Positions 17,164 to 26,410 of a stretch of DNA of 64,000 bases are shown piece by piece. Origin of the DNA: a virus (lineage: Duplodnaviria > Caudoviricetes). Every line of letters starts with the position of its first letter. Positions within the stretch are counted from its first letter, which is position 1. Location of the stretch: positions 30,790-94,789 of IMG/VR virus record IMGVR_UViG_2744054895_000001, one strand, 5' to 3'. The notes under the pieces were generated by a model that saw only the letters and a program-made list of their open reading frames with translations, was not told the origin of the DNA and did not search any database. Both the position numbers and the translations under genes were made by a program.

Positions 17164-20100
17164 CAGACACCCACTCCCAACTGCTTGATCCGGTTGTCTG
17201 CTGCGATGTAGTCAACGACCTTCTTGGCGGCGTCAGACGCTGCCCGATCGGACATCGAGCCGTTGACGTTGATCTGAATGGCGCCCTGGGCGAAGGAGAG
17301 CGACACGCCGCCGCCGGTTCCAACGCCGCCGGAAGCGGCGGACGCTCCGGCCGGCGAGACGACGTTGACTGAGTCCTTGATGAGCGCCTGACGGATCGTT
17401 TCGGCTTTGGCTGCCGGAATGATCATCTCACCCTTGTGGACCCGGGCGTCGAGGTCCTGAGGGATCTCCCAGGCGCCGGAGGCGTACCAGTGGGGATTGC
17501 GCTTTTGCCACAGCTCCCACGCCTTGGACGGCTTACCGTAGTCCGGCCGGCCGGCAATGTAGTCCAGACCCCATTCGATCTGTGTTGCAGGGTTGGTCCG
17601 CCAGTCCTTGCCCTTGGAGGCCATTTTCTCGGCAGGGAGGCTCTGCGCAATTCCGTACGCGCCGGAACTGGGGTTCTTCGCCTTATGGTTCCAGTTCGAC
17701 TCGTGCTCCCACAGTTGAAAGAGGGCGTCCCATTCCTTCCCTGTCCAGCCCCTCTGGGCCGCGAGCTTCTTGCCCAGAGCGACGTTGCCCTTGGGATTCG
17801 AGGGCGCGCTGGAGACGGCAGTGGAACTCTCGGCGTTGGTCGACTCCCCCGTACCACTGGTGCGTGGTCCCATCGAGTAGCCGGATCCGCGGGCCAGTGC
17901 CGCGGTTAGGGCGTCGATCTCGTTCTGGCCGATGCTGCTGCCACTGCCGCCGTACCAGCCAGCGTTCCCGGCGCCGGCCTCGTCGTCGGTCTGCTTGGTG
18001 TCCGTGTTGTAGCTGGACAGCGCGCCGACCCCGCTGGCCACCCGGCGGACCTCCTTGATCTCGCCCAAGGTGAACGACCGCACACGAACGTCCAGGCCGG
18101 TGCGCGGCGCCTCGACGAGCTTGCCGCTGCCGATCGCCATCATCACGTGGCCAGGTTCGGGGAAGAGCAGGTCACCGGGCTGGATATGCTGCTTGTCGAC
18201 CTCGACGCCCACCTTCATCTGCTGCTGCGAGGTACGCGGCAGGTTGATGCCGGCCTGCCGATAGGCCCACGAAGTCAGGCCCGAGCAGTCGAAGCCGTGC
18301 TTGGGGTCCTCGGCACCCCACACGTAGGGGACACCGACCTGACCGAGCGCAGCCTGGATCGCCGACGACGCGTTGCCGTTCGCGACGTGGCCAGCCGTGG
18401 CGCTGGACGACTTCTCGCCGCTGGAAGACGACGATGCCGTTGCGCCGCCGGCACCACCGCCGATGTTGATGGGGAGCAGGCTCTTGCCGAGGTTCCAGAG
18501 CGACTTGATCTTGTTGATCGGCCCCTTCGTGGCGGTCGCCCATGCTCCCGAGGCGCCCACGATCTGCTTAACACCAGGCAGTTCGAGGAAGCCGTTGATC
18601 GCTGCCTCGAACTTCTGCACCGCCTTGGTGGCGGTCTCCAGGTTGTGGGCGAAGGAGTCACCCATGACGGCGTCGTGCTGCCGTTCCTGGGCTTCGAAGG
18701 TCTTCCGTGTCTGTCCCAGGCTTTCCGAGACGCCGTACTTGGTCAGCTTCTTGCGGGCCGCGTCGCCCTTGCTGCCGGTCTGGGCAGCCTGCGCGATGAG
18801 CTCGTCGGCCGATCCGGAGGTCATGCCAGAGTTCTTGAGGAGTGTGTTCCTCCCCCGCATGTACTCCTTCAGGTTGTCGACCGTCTCGGCGTCCCACCCG
18901 GACGCCTGTCCGAGCTGGTCGATGTTGTAGTCGAGCGCCTGGCCGCTGGCGGTGGCTGCCGCGAACTTCTTGGACGAGATGGACGTCGTTCCGAAGGTCC
19001 GCTTCATGATGCTGTCAGCGAGCGTGCCGATTCCTGCCGCCTTGCCGCCCGCACCGATGGTGCGTCCGTATCCGAGACGCTGAGCCGCCAATGATGCCTG
19101 CGGGTTGTAGACGCCGGAGTACAGCTTGGCGCCGGTCTCGGCATCCAAGCCGGCGACGTAGGAGGCACCGAAGGCTCTCCCGCGGACAGCAGCCTGCGCA
19201 GAAGTGCCATAGGTCAGGCCGAAGTTTTTGTCCAACAGGAAGTTAGCGTTGCTCGCATCCTCTGTGGACTTCGCGACGACCATGCCGTAGCTGTGGTCGC
19301 GAATCTGGTTCTTCCAGCCCCACTTGTCGTAGCTGTTCGGGGCGCCGCCGGAAGCGATATAAGCCCAGTTGGTGTACCGGTCCATCTCTTCCATCTGCGG
19401 GCGCATGCGGTCGCCGTACTTGACCGCCTGCCCGTAGACCGCGCCCAGTGGTCCCTTGAAGTCTGCGGCCTTCTGGCTGGCGACCATGGCCGCGGCGTTC
19501 TGGCTCTCGCCAGCCGGCACCGTGGCGCCGAACCCTCCAGGGGGCGGAACAGACGAACCGTTCCCAGAGCTTCCACCTCCGCCTCGGCCACGTCCGCCGG
19601 AGTTTCCGCCTCCGAGATTGAAGACGGTGCCGTTACGGGAGGCGTAGAAGCCACTGCCGGCGACGTAGGCGCTCGACAGGCCGGTCGCCCGGTTGTAGGC
19701 CCACATCCGTTGACCGGCACGCAGACCCCACGTCGTGTGGTCCGCGGCGTCCTGCCTGCGTATCGCTTCGTCGAACAGTGACCCGTAGTAGGCGTCAGCG
19801 TTGGCCTGTCGCGCCTGAGCGACTCGGTCAGGCGTCATACGAGCCATCAGGTCCGGGTTTATCCCTGGTGTGCGGCGCTGGTGACGGGCCTGACGAGCGG
19901 CTGCACGGGCCTGGGCAGCGGCTTGCGACGCGGACATGTTCTGCGTGTACTGCTGGCTCGCTTGCGCCCCGTACGTGCTCGCCCACGCCTGCTGGGCGTC
20001 CAAACCCTGCTGGTACACCGACTGCTGCCGCTGTGCCCGAGTCTGCGCGGCCTGCTGCTGCATCTGCGCACGCATCTGTGCCCGCGCCTGGCGGGCAGCC

Positions 20101-20621
20101 TCACGTGCGTCTGCCGCTGCCCGCGACGCGGACAGATGTCCGGAAACAGCGTCGCCGTGACCGCCCCATGTCGGCTGCGCGTTGAGGATGCGCTGGGTGA
20201 ACGCTTCCTGCCGAGCCGCCCGCGATGCGCCGATGCTCCGGGTGGCGTCCATCTGCGCCTGGTGGCGAGCCGCCAGACGGTCGGCGAGAGGGCCTGTGTA
20301 GACGCGGCCGGTGGTGGGATGCGTGAAGACACCGCCGGTCTGGGTGACGGTGTTCGCCGGCGGGTGGGAGATCGGTGCCGGGTTGATGCGCGTGGTTTGG
20401 TTGGCCGCTGGGAACGCCTGCGCGGGCAGTCCTCGGAAGGCCGCGCCTCGGGTGGCCGAGTTGATCGCGCCCTGGAGGGCCCGGTTGAGGGCGGTGATGT
20501 TGGCACCGAGCTTGCCGATGTCGCTGGCGACCTTGTCGGCCGCGCGCTGCATCCCATTGGTGCCAAGGAGGCGACCCCCGAAGGTGGGCTCTCCGCGGTT
20601 GATCTCGTTGTCTTCAGCCAC
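17163..20621 (-). CDS. Tape measure protein with NlpC/P60 peptidase and lytic transglycosylase-like domains
   Basis: Long Ala/Gln helical region; GVPYVWGAE..FDCSGLTSWAY..GHV; LWEHESNWN..NPSSGAYGIAQ..TQIEWGLDYI; GTG start at 20621 after GGAGG. Confidence 0.88.
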   Translation of the reverse strand: MAEDNEINRGEPTFGGRLLGTNGMQRAADKVASDIGKLGANITALNRALQGAINSATRGAAFRGLPAQAFPAANQTTRINPAPISHPPANTVTQTGGVFTHPTTGRVYTGPLADRLAARHQAQMDATRSIGASRAARQEAFTQRILNAQPTWGGHGDAVSGHLSASRAAADAREAARQARAQMRAQMQQQAAQTRAQRQQSVYQQGLDAQQAWASTYGAQASQQYTQNMSASQAAAQARAAARQARHQRRTPGINPDLMARMTPDRVAQARQANADAYYGSLFDEAIRRQDAADHTTWGLRAGQRMWAYNRATGLSSAYVAGSGFYASRNGTVFNLGGGNSGGRGRGGGGSSGNGSSVPPPGGFGATVPAGESQNAAAMVASQKAADFKGPLGAVYGQAVKYGDRMRPQMEEMDRYTNWAYIASGGAPNSYDKWGWKNQIRDHSYGMVVAKSTEDASNANFLLDKNFGLTYGTSAQAAVRGRAFGASYVAGLDAETGAKLYSGVYNPQASLAAQRLGYGRTIGAGGKAAGIGTLADSIMKRTFGTTSISSKKFAAATASGQALDYNIDQLGQASGWDAETVDNLKEYMRGRNTLLKNSGMTSGSADELIAQAAQTGSKGDAARKKLTKYGVSESLGQTRKTFEAQERQHDAVMGDSFAHNLETATKAVQKFEAAINGFLELPGVKQIVGASGAWATATKGPINKIKSLWNLGKSLLPINIGGGAGGATASSSSSGEKSSSATAGHVANGNASSAIQAALGQVGVPYVWGAEDPKHGFDCSGLTSWAYRQAGINLPRTSQQQMKVGVEVDKQHIQPGDLLFPEPGHVMMAIGSGKLVEAPRTGLDVRVRSFTLGEIKEVRRVASGVGALSSYNTDTKQTDDEAGAGNAGWYGGSGSSIGQNEIDALTAALARGSGYSMGPRTSGTGESTNAESSTAVSSAPSNPKGNVALGKKLAAQRGWTGKEWDALFQLWEHESNWNHKAKNPSSGAYGIAQSLPAEKMASKGKDWRTNPATQIEWGLDYIAGRPDYGKPSKAWELWQKRNPHWYASGAWEIPQDLDARVHKGEMIIPAAKAETIRQALIKDSVNVVSPAGASAASGGVGTGGGVSLSFAQGAIQINVNGSMSDRAASDAAKKVVDYIAADNRIKQLGVGV

Positions 20622-20790
20622 TGGAAGCCGCCGCCTCCCTTCTTCCCTTGACCCAGACCGCCAGGTCGCGCCAGTACTCACGCTCCTGGACGGTCAGGTT
20701 CTTGATCTCGCTGAGTTGCCACTCGGGGTGGGCGTAGGCGAGCGTGGTGTAGTCAGCCCGTGCTGCTCGGGCGTCAGAAATCGCGAAAGA
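20614..20790 (-). CDS. Start-less +1-frame extension of tail assembly chaperone
   Basis: Frame reads ...DYTTLAYAHPEWQLSEIKNLTVQEREYWRDLAVWVKGRREAAASSG*; bounded upstream by in-frame TAG; no start codon. Confidence 0.65.
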   Translation of the reverse strand, partial: SFAISDARAARADYTTLAYAHPEWQLSEIKNLTVQEREYWRDLAVWVKGRREAAASSG

Positions 20791-21628
20791 TGTCCGCTAC
20801 CGAGAGCGGCAGCGGAACCTCCCCTCCGCACGCCTCGTGCTCGATGGACACCTCCAACAGCCGGGGGCCGGGCTGGGTTGCGGCGAGCTGACTGAGGATG
20901 TTCCGGATGTCGCCCATGCCGAGGGATTTGGCCAGGTCCGCGCTGCCGGGCGTGACCTTGCCCTGTGCGTCTCGGACCTCGACCAGGCAGCACCCCAGCA
21001 TGTAGGTGTTGCGCTCGGCGTCCGTTGCCTTGGGGAGCGCGAGCATGGCCGCCTGGTCAGCGCCGGTCGGGTAGCGCACGATCGCGCAGCCGCCTTTGCG
21101 CATCGGGACCGTCAGCTTGGTGGAGGTCGCCGTCTGGGGCTGGATGTCGGCAAGGGAGATGGTGGCCGCGAAGTCCTCGCCGCAGTTGGGGCAGCGTATT
21201 TCGGAGAACTCCATCTCGTCGCCGAAGGTGACCCGGCGGATGGCGATGACCAGCGCATCGCGGTCGCCGAGCAGAAGCTGCGGGAGAACGTCGGAGGTAG
21301 CCGGTACGTCACCGATGCGGACGGTGCCCAGCTCCAGGAGCGTCTCCAGTAGGCGGAGCGGGTTGGACCGTACGCGGGCCAGGGCCTCCTCGTCGGCGCC
21401 GGTCAGCTCGCGTACTTCCGCCTCGGTGATGACGTGGTCCTCGCGGACCAGGCCAGCGGGGAGGGTGATCAGGCAGTCTGCGGGCACCGGTATGACCGGA
21501 GGCTCCCCGACGGAGTCGGAGATGAGTGACTGGATGGCGGCGGTCGCGCCCTGGGTGTCGCCGAGAACGTCGACCTGCCGACCACCAGCCGGAGAATCGA
21601 AGGTCCAGTCGTACTGCATGTCAGACAT
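20774..21628 (-). CDS. Tail assembly chaperone (T4 gp26-like zinc-binding)
   Basis: EVRELTGADEE..LLLGDRDALVIAIRRVTFG..CPNCG; lies between tube and tape measure. Confidence 0.75.
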   Translation of the reverse strand: MSDMQYDWTFDSPAGGRQVDVLGDTQGATAAIQSLISDSVGEPPVIPVPADCLITLPAGLVREDHVITEAEVRELTGADEEALARVRSNPLRLLETLLELGTVRIGDVPATSDVLPQLLLGDRDALVIAIRRVTFGDEMEFSEIRCPNCGEDFAATISLADIQPQTATSTKLTVPMRKGGCAIVRYPTGADQAAMLALPKATDAERNTYMLGCCLVEVRDAQGKVTPGSADLAKSLGMGDIRNILSQLAATQPGPRLLEVSIEHEACGGEVPLPLSVADIFRDF

Positions 21629-21650
21629 GAATTGTTCCTTGTTTCGGGGA

Positions 21651-22533
21651 TTACTTTATGACTGCGTAGGAATTCGGACCGTAACTGTCCGCGACCTTGA
21701 AGTCCCATCCCTCGTGCGCGAACGTGAGCTGGGAAACGGCGAATGTATTGCTTCCAGCGTCGAGGTCACCAAAGGCAACCGAGGTGGGCCAAGCGTTGTA
21801 GAGGCGCCATACCGCCTTTACTGCTGCCTTGCTCTTGGTAACCGGGTGGTCGATGAGCATGATGTCGATCGTGGCCCGGAATTCTGAGCCGGTATCGGAT
21901 CCGGATCCGTTGCCCTGCATGACGTCGAAGAGCTGGTACATCCAGTTCACGAGTTTCTGGTCGCCCGGCATCATTCCCTTGGAAAGGGTGACGGGGCTGA
22001 AGTCGCTCTGACCCAGAGGCTGTTACCTCTCCGGTTTCCCGGAGCGGGCTGGTCATTTCTGCCAGCCTCTCGCATTCTCATGCGAGTTCGGACTCTATCT
22101 TCACCCCAGAGGGGTGTCCCGTACATAGTCTCTGGACCTTCCCGTCGGTTTCCCAGGCGGGCTCGGCTGCTGATTTTCCCTACCCTCGGACTTCTCAAGC
22201 CGTCGCGCTCAGGCTTTCGCCCCACGCTGTGGCGCCGAGGTCTAACAGGACGTTCCAGCAATTCTCGGGATTTTCACTCGCTACTTACGCAGCGAGGGCC
22301 CAGTCAAGTTGAGGCATTTTCTGAGTGGTCGTGTTCATGCCGCCGGCCCTGTATGCGATGACGTCAGTCGTCACGGAAAGGCCGGAAACCGACATGAAGC
22401 CGAGCTTTGGATAGGCAGAGGACAGCTTGCCGACCTGGCTGATCTGGACGTGGAACTTGAACGAGCGAAGGGGGTCCGTCTGTCGCGAGGCCAGGCTCTG
22501 GCTTTGCGAGACGGTCTTGAGGGTGGATGCCAT
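21651..22533 (-). CDS. Tail tube protein (T4 gp19-like), two exons 22533-22312 and 22013-21651, 194 aa spliced
   Basis: Exon 1 DPLRSFKFHV..GF..VSGL..YRAGGMNTTTQKMP joins in frame to GQSDFSPVTLSKG..WRLYNAWP..LTFAHEGW. Confidence 0.9.
22014..22311 (-). ncRNA. Group I self-splicing intron (298 nt, no ORF)
   Basis: 5' exon ends in U, intron ends in G; P AAUUGCUGGAA, Q AAUCAGCAGC, R CAGAGACUA, S AAGAUAGAGUCC; P1 GCCU/GGGC with U.G; P10 UGACU/GGUCA. Confidence 0.93.
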
Positions 22534-22645
22534 TCTCTACTCCCGTAGCACGAGGTGCGCCGGGTAGTTCTGCGTGTGAATTCCGAGTGGTGTTCGAAGG
22601 GGTTTACGACAGGGCCGCACTACTTCGATCCGGGCCCCGACCTCC

Positions 22646-24196
22646 TTATGAGGATTCGGTGACCGTCGCGCCACCGTCGTACTGGCTGATGTGGATTGCG
22701 ACGTACTCGGCCGGCCGCGCCACAGCAATGCCCACGTCGATGTGGACCTCTCCGTTGTCGACGGTGGTCGCGGTGTTGTTGGTGTCGTCACAGATCACCT
22801 GGAACGCGGTGTCGGGCGTCGAGCTGGCGAACATCCCCGCCTGCGCCTGGGTGGTGAGCTGCTGGCTGAGGGTGGCCGAGATGGAGTGCCACAGCTCGGG
22901 GGTGTTGGGTGCGAACACCGCGCTGCGGGTGAGGTCCACGAGGATCTTGCGGGTGTACGTGAGCAGCCGGCGGACGGCGACGTACCGGTCTGGGTAGCCC
23001 GACTTCAAGGTCCTGGCGCCCATGATGCAGATGCCCGCCTGGGGGATCTGCCTGATGATGTTGATACCCCACGCGTTGAGGTTGTCGAGCTGAGAGTTCG
23101 TGAACCGCAGCTCGGTGGAGTAAACCCCGACGAGACGGCTGAGCGTGCCTGCCGCCGACTGGTGTGGGCCGTAGAGCGTGTCGGTCTGGGCGAACCTGCC
23201 GAGCACTGCACCACCGGGCGGCAGAGTGCGGGTGGCACCAGCGGCGATGGAGGACGGGTCTGCGGACACCAGCCACGGACCGTAGACGGCTGCGTAGGAG
23301 CTGGCCTTCAGTGGCGGCGGGCTGGTGCTGGAGTTGGCAGCCGGCGAGAGCTTGGCGTAGGCGGTGACGGCGGAAGGCACGTCCAATGACGGCGTCTGTG
23401 GTGCGTCGACTACGACGAAGGCGTATCCGTAGTCCTCCGCCCAGGTGATGACGGCGTTGAGGATGGAAGTGTCGGTGACGCCCGGCAGGTTGATATTGAC
23501 GATCTCACCTGTTGATTCGAGCTGCTTGGTCGCGGCGACCAGGTCGGGGGTGGCGCTGCCGTCGATGCCGCCAGTCAGGGGCGTACCGGTCTGCACGGCG
23601 GGCGTGATCGGTGTGCTCCATGCGTCGGTGGCGATGTAGTCGGCTTTGACGAATGCCGAGCCGTTGACTGGGGAGTTGATCATCGCGACCAGGTTCCGGG
23701 AGTCCGCCGGGTCGAGGCTGACGTCGTTGTATCGGTCGGCGATGTAGGTGTCCGTGGTCCCGCCGACCTTGACAGCCAGGTTGAAGCGGCCGGCACCTGT
23801 GTTGGCGTCGGTGACGTCGATGTAGACCTTGTTGCCGAACGCGCCGGCTGCCCTGGCCGTGAGGGTCAGGAGGGGCTCGGGGGTGGCCTGGCGGTCGTTG
23901 AGGGTGACCGCCGCGGCGACCGAGTCGGCAGGTACGGCACGGCAGATGTACGCCTTGCCGCCGCCGTTGGAGAAGTAGGAGTACACCGCGTAAGGCAGCA
24001 GGTCTGTGCCGGTTCCCCAGCCGCCGTAGACGAGGTTGAACTGCGACCAGGAGGTGATCAGCGTGGGCACGGCCGGACCGAAGTTGTGGGCGCCGACGAA
24101 CGCTGCGATGGCCTCGCCGGGGTTGGCGGTGACCGGGTTGGAGATCGCATCCAGTGTCTCGTCCACGTAGATGCCGGGGCGCAGGAAAGTCGCCAT
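22646..24196 (-). CDS. Contractile tail sheath protein
   Basis: FLRPGIYVDE, GPAVPTLITSW, YFSNGGGKAYI, YAAVYGPW, GARTL, YVAVRR, IAVARPAEY. Confidence 0.95.
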   Translation of the reverse strand: MATFLRPGIYVDETLDAISNPVTANPGEAIAAFVGAHNFGPAVPTLITSWSQFNLVYGGWGTGTDLLPYAVYSYFSNGGGKAYICRAVPADSVAAAVTLNDRQATPEPLLTLTARAAGAFGNKVYIDVTDANTGAGRFNLAVKVGGTTDTYIADRYNDVSLDPADSRNLVAMINSPVNGSAFVKADYIATDAWSTPITPAVQTGTPLTGGIDGSATPDLVAATKQLESTGEIVNINLPGVTDTSILNAVITWAEDYGYAFVVVDAPQTPSLDVPSAVTAYAKLSPAANSSTSPPPLKASSYAAVYGPWLVSADPSSIAAGATRTLPPGGAVLGRFAQTDTLYGPHQSAAGTLSRLVGVYSTELRFTNSQLDNLNAWGINIIRQIPQAGICIMGARTLKSGYPDRYVAVRRLLTYTRKILVDLTRSAVFAPNTPELWHSISATLSQQLTTQAQAGMFASSTPDTAFQVICDDTNNTATTVDNGEVHIDVGIAVARPAEYVAIHISQYDGGATVTESS

Positions 24197-24217
24197 AGAG
24201 AGAAGCTCCTTCAGGGC

Positions 24218-24802
24218 CTACTGGCCGAGGGGATGAGTGGTGAGTTCGACCGTTTGGACGGGCTTGATTTCAGCGATCTCGTCGAGCAGCTCGGCGCTGA
24301 GGTGGAGCAGATAGTCGACCTGCCACAGGCGCTTTCCCTGGGAGTCGCGGCCCTCGTTGAATTCAGGTCCGCCAGCGACTTCGAGGCGTCGCACGGTTCC
24401 GTCCTGCGGTACTTCCAGGTAGGCCCAGCGCGGGTGGAGGTAGTCTCTGACGGAAAGCATCTGGGCGATGTTGGCGGCGTGCCGCTGCTTTCGTGCGTAG
24501 ACGGTGACCTGGTACTCGAACAGGTACGGGATGGGGTCAGCCGTCAAGTAGGACTTAGCGGTGTCGTACCCCTCTGGGGTGTAGCCGAGTTCGACCGTTC
24601 CGCGATGTTCCCGTTGGTGGTCGGGCTCGACTCGGGTGCGCTCGATGACGATGATTGGGAATGTCGATGTCGCCAACTCGTTTTCAGGGAGACGGAATCG
24701 GACGTCGACCGGAAGGCCCTCGGCAGGTGTGTTGGTGTCCTTGACAACCAAACCCTGGAGCTTCGCCTTGATGGCGGCATCCTCATTGGCTATCCAGGAC
24801 AT
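24218..24802 (-). CDS. Putative tail completion/terminator protein
   Basis: Position upstream of sheath; VRFRLPE..FPIIVIE..YQVTVYAR. Confidence 0.6.
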   Translation of the reverse strand: MSWIANEDAAIKAKLQGLVVKDTNTPAEGLPVDVRFRLPENELATSTFPIIVIERTRVEPDHQREHRGTVELGYTPEGYDTAKSYLTADPIPYLFEYQVTVYARKQRHAANIAQMLSVRDYLHPRWAYLEVPQDGTVRRLEVAGGPEFNEGRDSQGKRLWQVDYLLHLSAELLDEIAEIKPVQTVELTTHPLGQ

Positions 24803-24886
24803 TACTCGGGGCCTTCCGGTGCTTACGTCACGATTTCTCCGAATTCAGGATTGCAGGATTCATAGGAATCTGTTACAGGCCCGGAT

Positions 24887-26398
24887 TTAGGCGACGGCGG
24901 CCCAAACGTTGGTCGCATCCGGCGTGGCGCTGGTCATCGTGTAGCTGGCCGGAAGTGCGGTCTGGCCGGAGGCGGAGCGGCAGAACCGGTAATTGCCGGG
25001 GGTGAGGTGGGCGTTGCCGGGGGTGAAGTTGCCCATGGTGCTGCCGCATGCGAACGTCGGGCTCGTCGGTCCGTTCACGAGGAGGCCGACGTAGTACTTG
25101 CCCGCTGCTGCCGAGTACGAGGACATGAGCGCCATCGTCTTGTCGCCGGCGGTGCCCCACGCCGTCGACTGGTCGTTGGTGACGGCGACGCGGGTACCGC
25201 TGGTGGTGTAGAGACCCGCCAGGCACTGTCCCGAGGTGAGGCCCGATCCGCCAGCGCCGAGGTTGACGCACAGGCTGCTGATCGTGGCCGCGTTGCGCAG
25301 CACGATCTCAACAAAGTAGATGTAGCCGGTGTTGAGCGTGGTGCCGGTTGTTGAGCAGCACGCTGGGTCAAACGTCCAGGCCGTCAGGCCGTGGTCGGTG
25401 GGGCGCCACTCGTTTCGCGGGACAGTGGACAGGTCGACGACGATGCCAGTCGAGGTGCGCAGCTTCAGGACGCCGGCCTCGGAGTACAGCAGCGAGCCGC
25501 CAGTCGGGTTGGCCGTCGGGACGGTGGCGGCGTCCTTGATGCTGACGATCGCTCCAGCCCCGCCTCCTAGGTCAGCGGTGGTGGATCCGAGTTGGAGCGC
25601 TCCGGTGGTGAAGTGCGTCAGCTTGCTGATGGGGTTGCCTGCGGCGGTCACCTCGAAGCCGATGTTTCCGTTGACGTCCTTGAACCGGGCGATCGACGGT
25701 GCCGTCGAGGAAGCCGCGGTCACCTCGAACGCCACGGTGCTGGCATCGTTCTGCTGGATACAGAGTCGGCCGGCATAGACGGGACCATCGATGGCGAGGC
25801 TGCCGGTGACGAGGTTGTCCACCATCCAGGCGCCCTGGCGCAGCGTGGCCGGGCCGGGACCGGTGTGGGAAGTGGTGTAGGCGTACCCCGCAAGGCCCTT
25901 CAGCGACGGGTCGGCCGTGATAATGCCCTCTGCGTACTGCGGGAGTCCATAGCCGTAAACGATGGAATCCGAGCGCTTCCGCTTTCGCAGGTAGACGCCG
26001 TCGCCTTCGGTGCTGCCGTTGACGCTGGTGTTGGCCTCGATCGACCAGATGTAAACCGAATCGAACGCGTAGCAAATGCCGGTGTGCTCACTGCCTCCGT
26101 CCCCATAGAAGATTTGACTGCCCACCGCGGGATACCAACTCCAGCGACTTGCCGCCTGGAACCAGGCGACGCCGGTCGAGCAGTCTGCGGTACGCGGGAA
26201 AAGATTCGCGACACCAGCTCTCATGGCGACCCACGAGGTGAACGTCGCGCACCATGACTGTCCATCGGCCCAGGAAAGCCCGGGGACTTCGGCGGCGTAA
26301 CGAGTGAGATTGTTCCAGCCGCCCTCGCTGTAACCTTCACGGACGCCGACCTGGCTCTTGGCTACCGCGATGACGAGCGGCATCTGGGGAATGACCAT
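24887..26398 (-). CDS. CHAP-domain peptidoglycan hydrolase fused to a fibre-like C-terminus
   Basis: AKSQVGVREG..WCATFTSW..HTGI..IEANT (Cys/His dyad). Confidence 0.78.
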   Translation of the reverse strand: MVIPQMPLVIAVAKSQVGVREGYSEGGWNNLTRYAAEVPGLSWADGQSWCATFTSWVAMRAGVANLFPRTADCSTGVAWFQAASRWSWYPAVGSQIFYGDGGSEHTGICYAFDSVYIWSIEANTSVNGSTEGDGVYLRKRKRSDSIVYGYGLPQYAEGIITADPSLKGLAGYAYTTSHTGPGPATLRQGAWMVDNLVTGSLAIDGPVYAGRLCIQQNDASTVAFEVTAASSTAPSIARFKDVNGNIGFEVTAAGNPISKLTHFTTGALQLGSTTADLGGGAGAIVSIKDAATVPTANPTGGSLLYSEAGVLKLRTSTGIVVDLSTVPRNEWRPTDHGLTAWTFDPACCSTTGTTLNTGYIYFVEIVLRNAATISSLCVNLGAGGSGLTSGQCLAGLYTTSGTRVAVTNDQSTAWGTAGDKTMALMSSYSAAAGKYYVGLLVNGPTSPTFACGSTMGNFTPGNAHLTPGNYRFCRSASGQTALPASYTMTSATPDATNVWAAVA

Positions 26399-26410
26399 GG
26401 GGGCTCCTTG

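Noticed and set aside
11701-24196. Stand-alone extracellular contractile injection system (eCIS) or tailocin
   Set aside because: Capsid, scaffold, portal, terminase and replication genes are present, so this is a phage tail.
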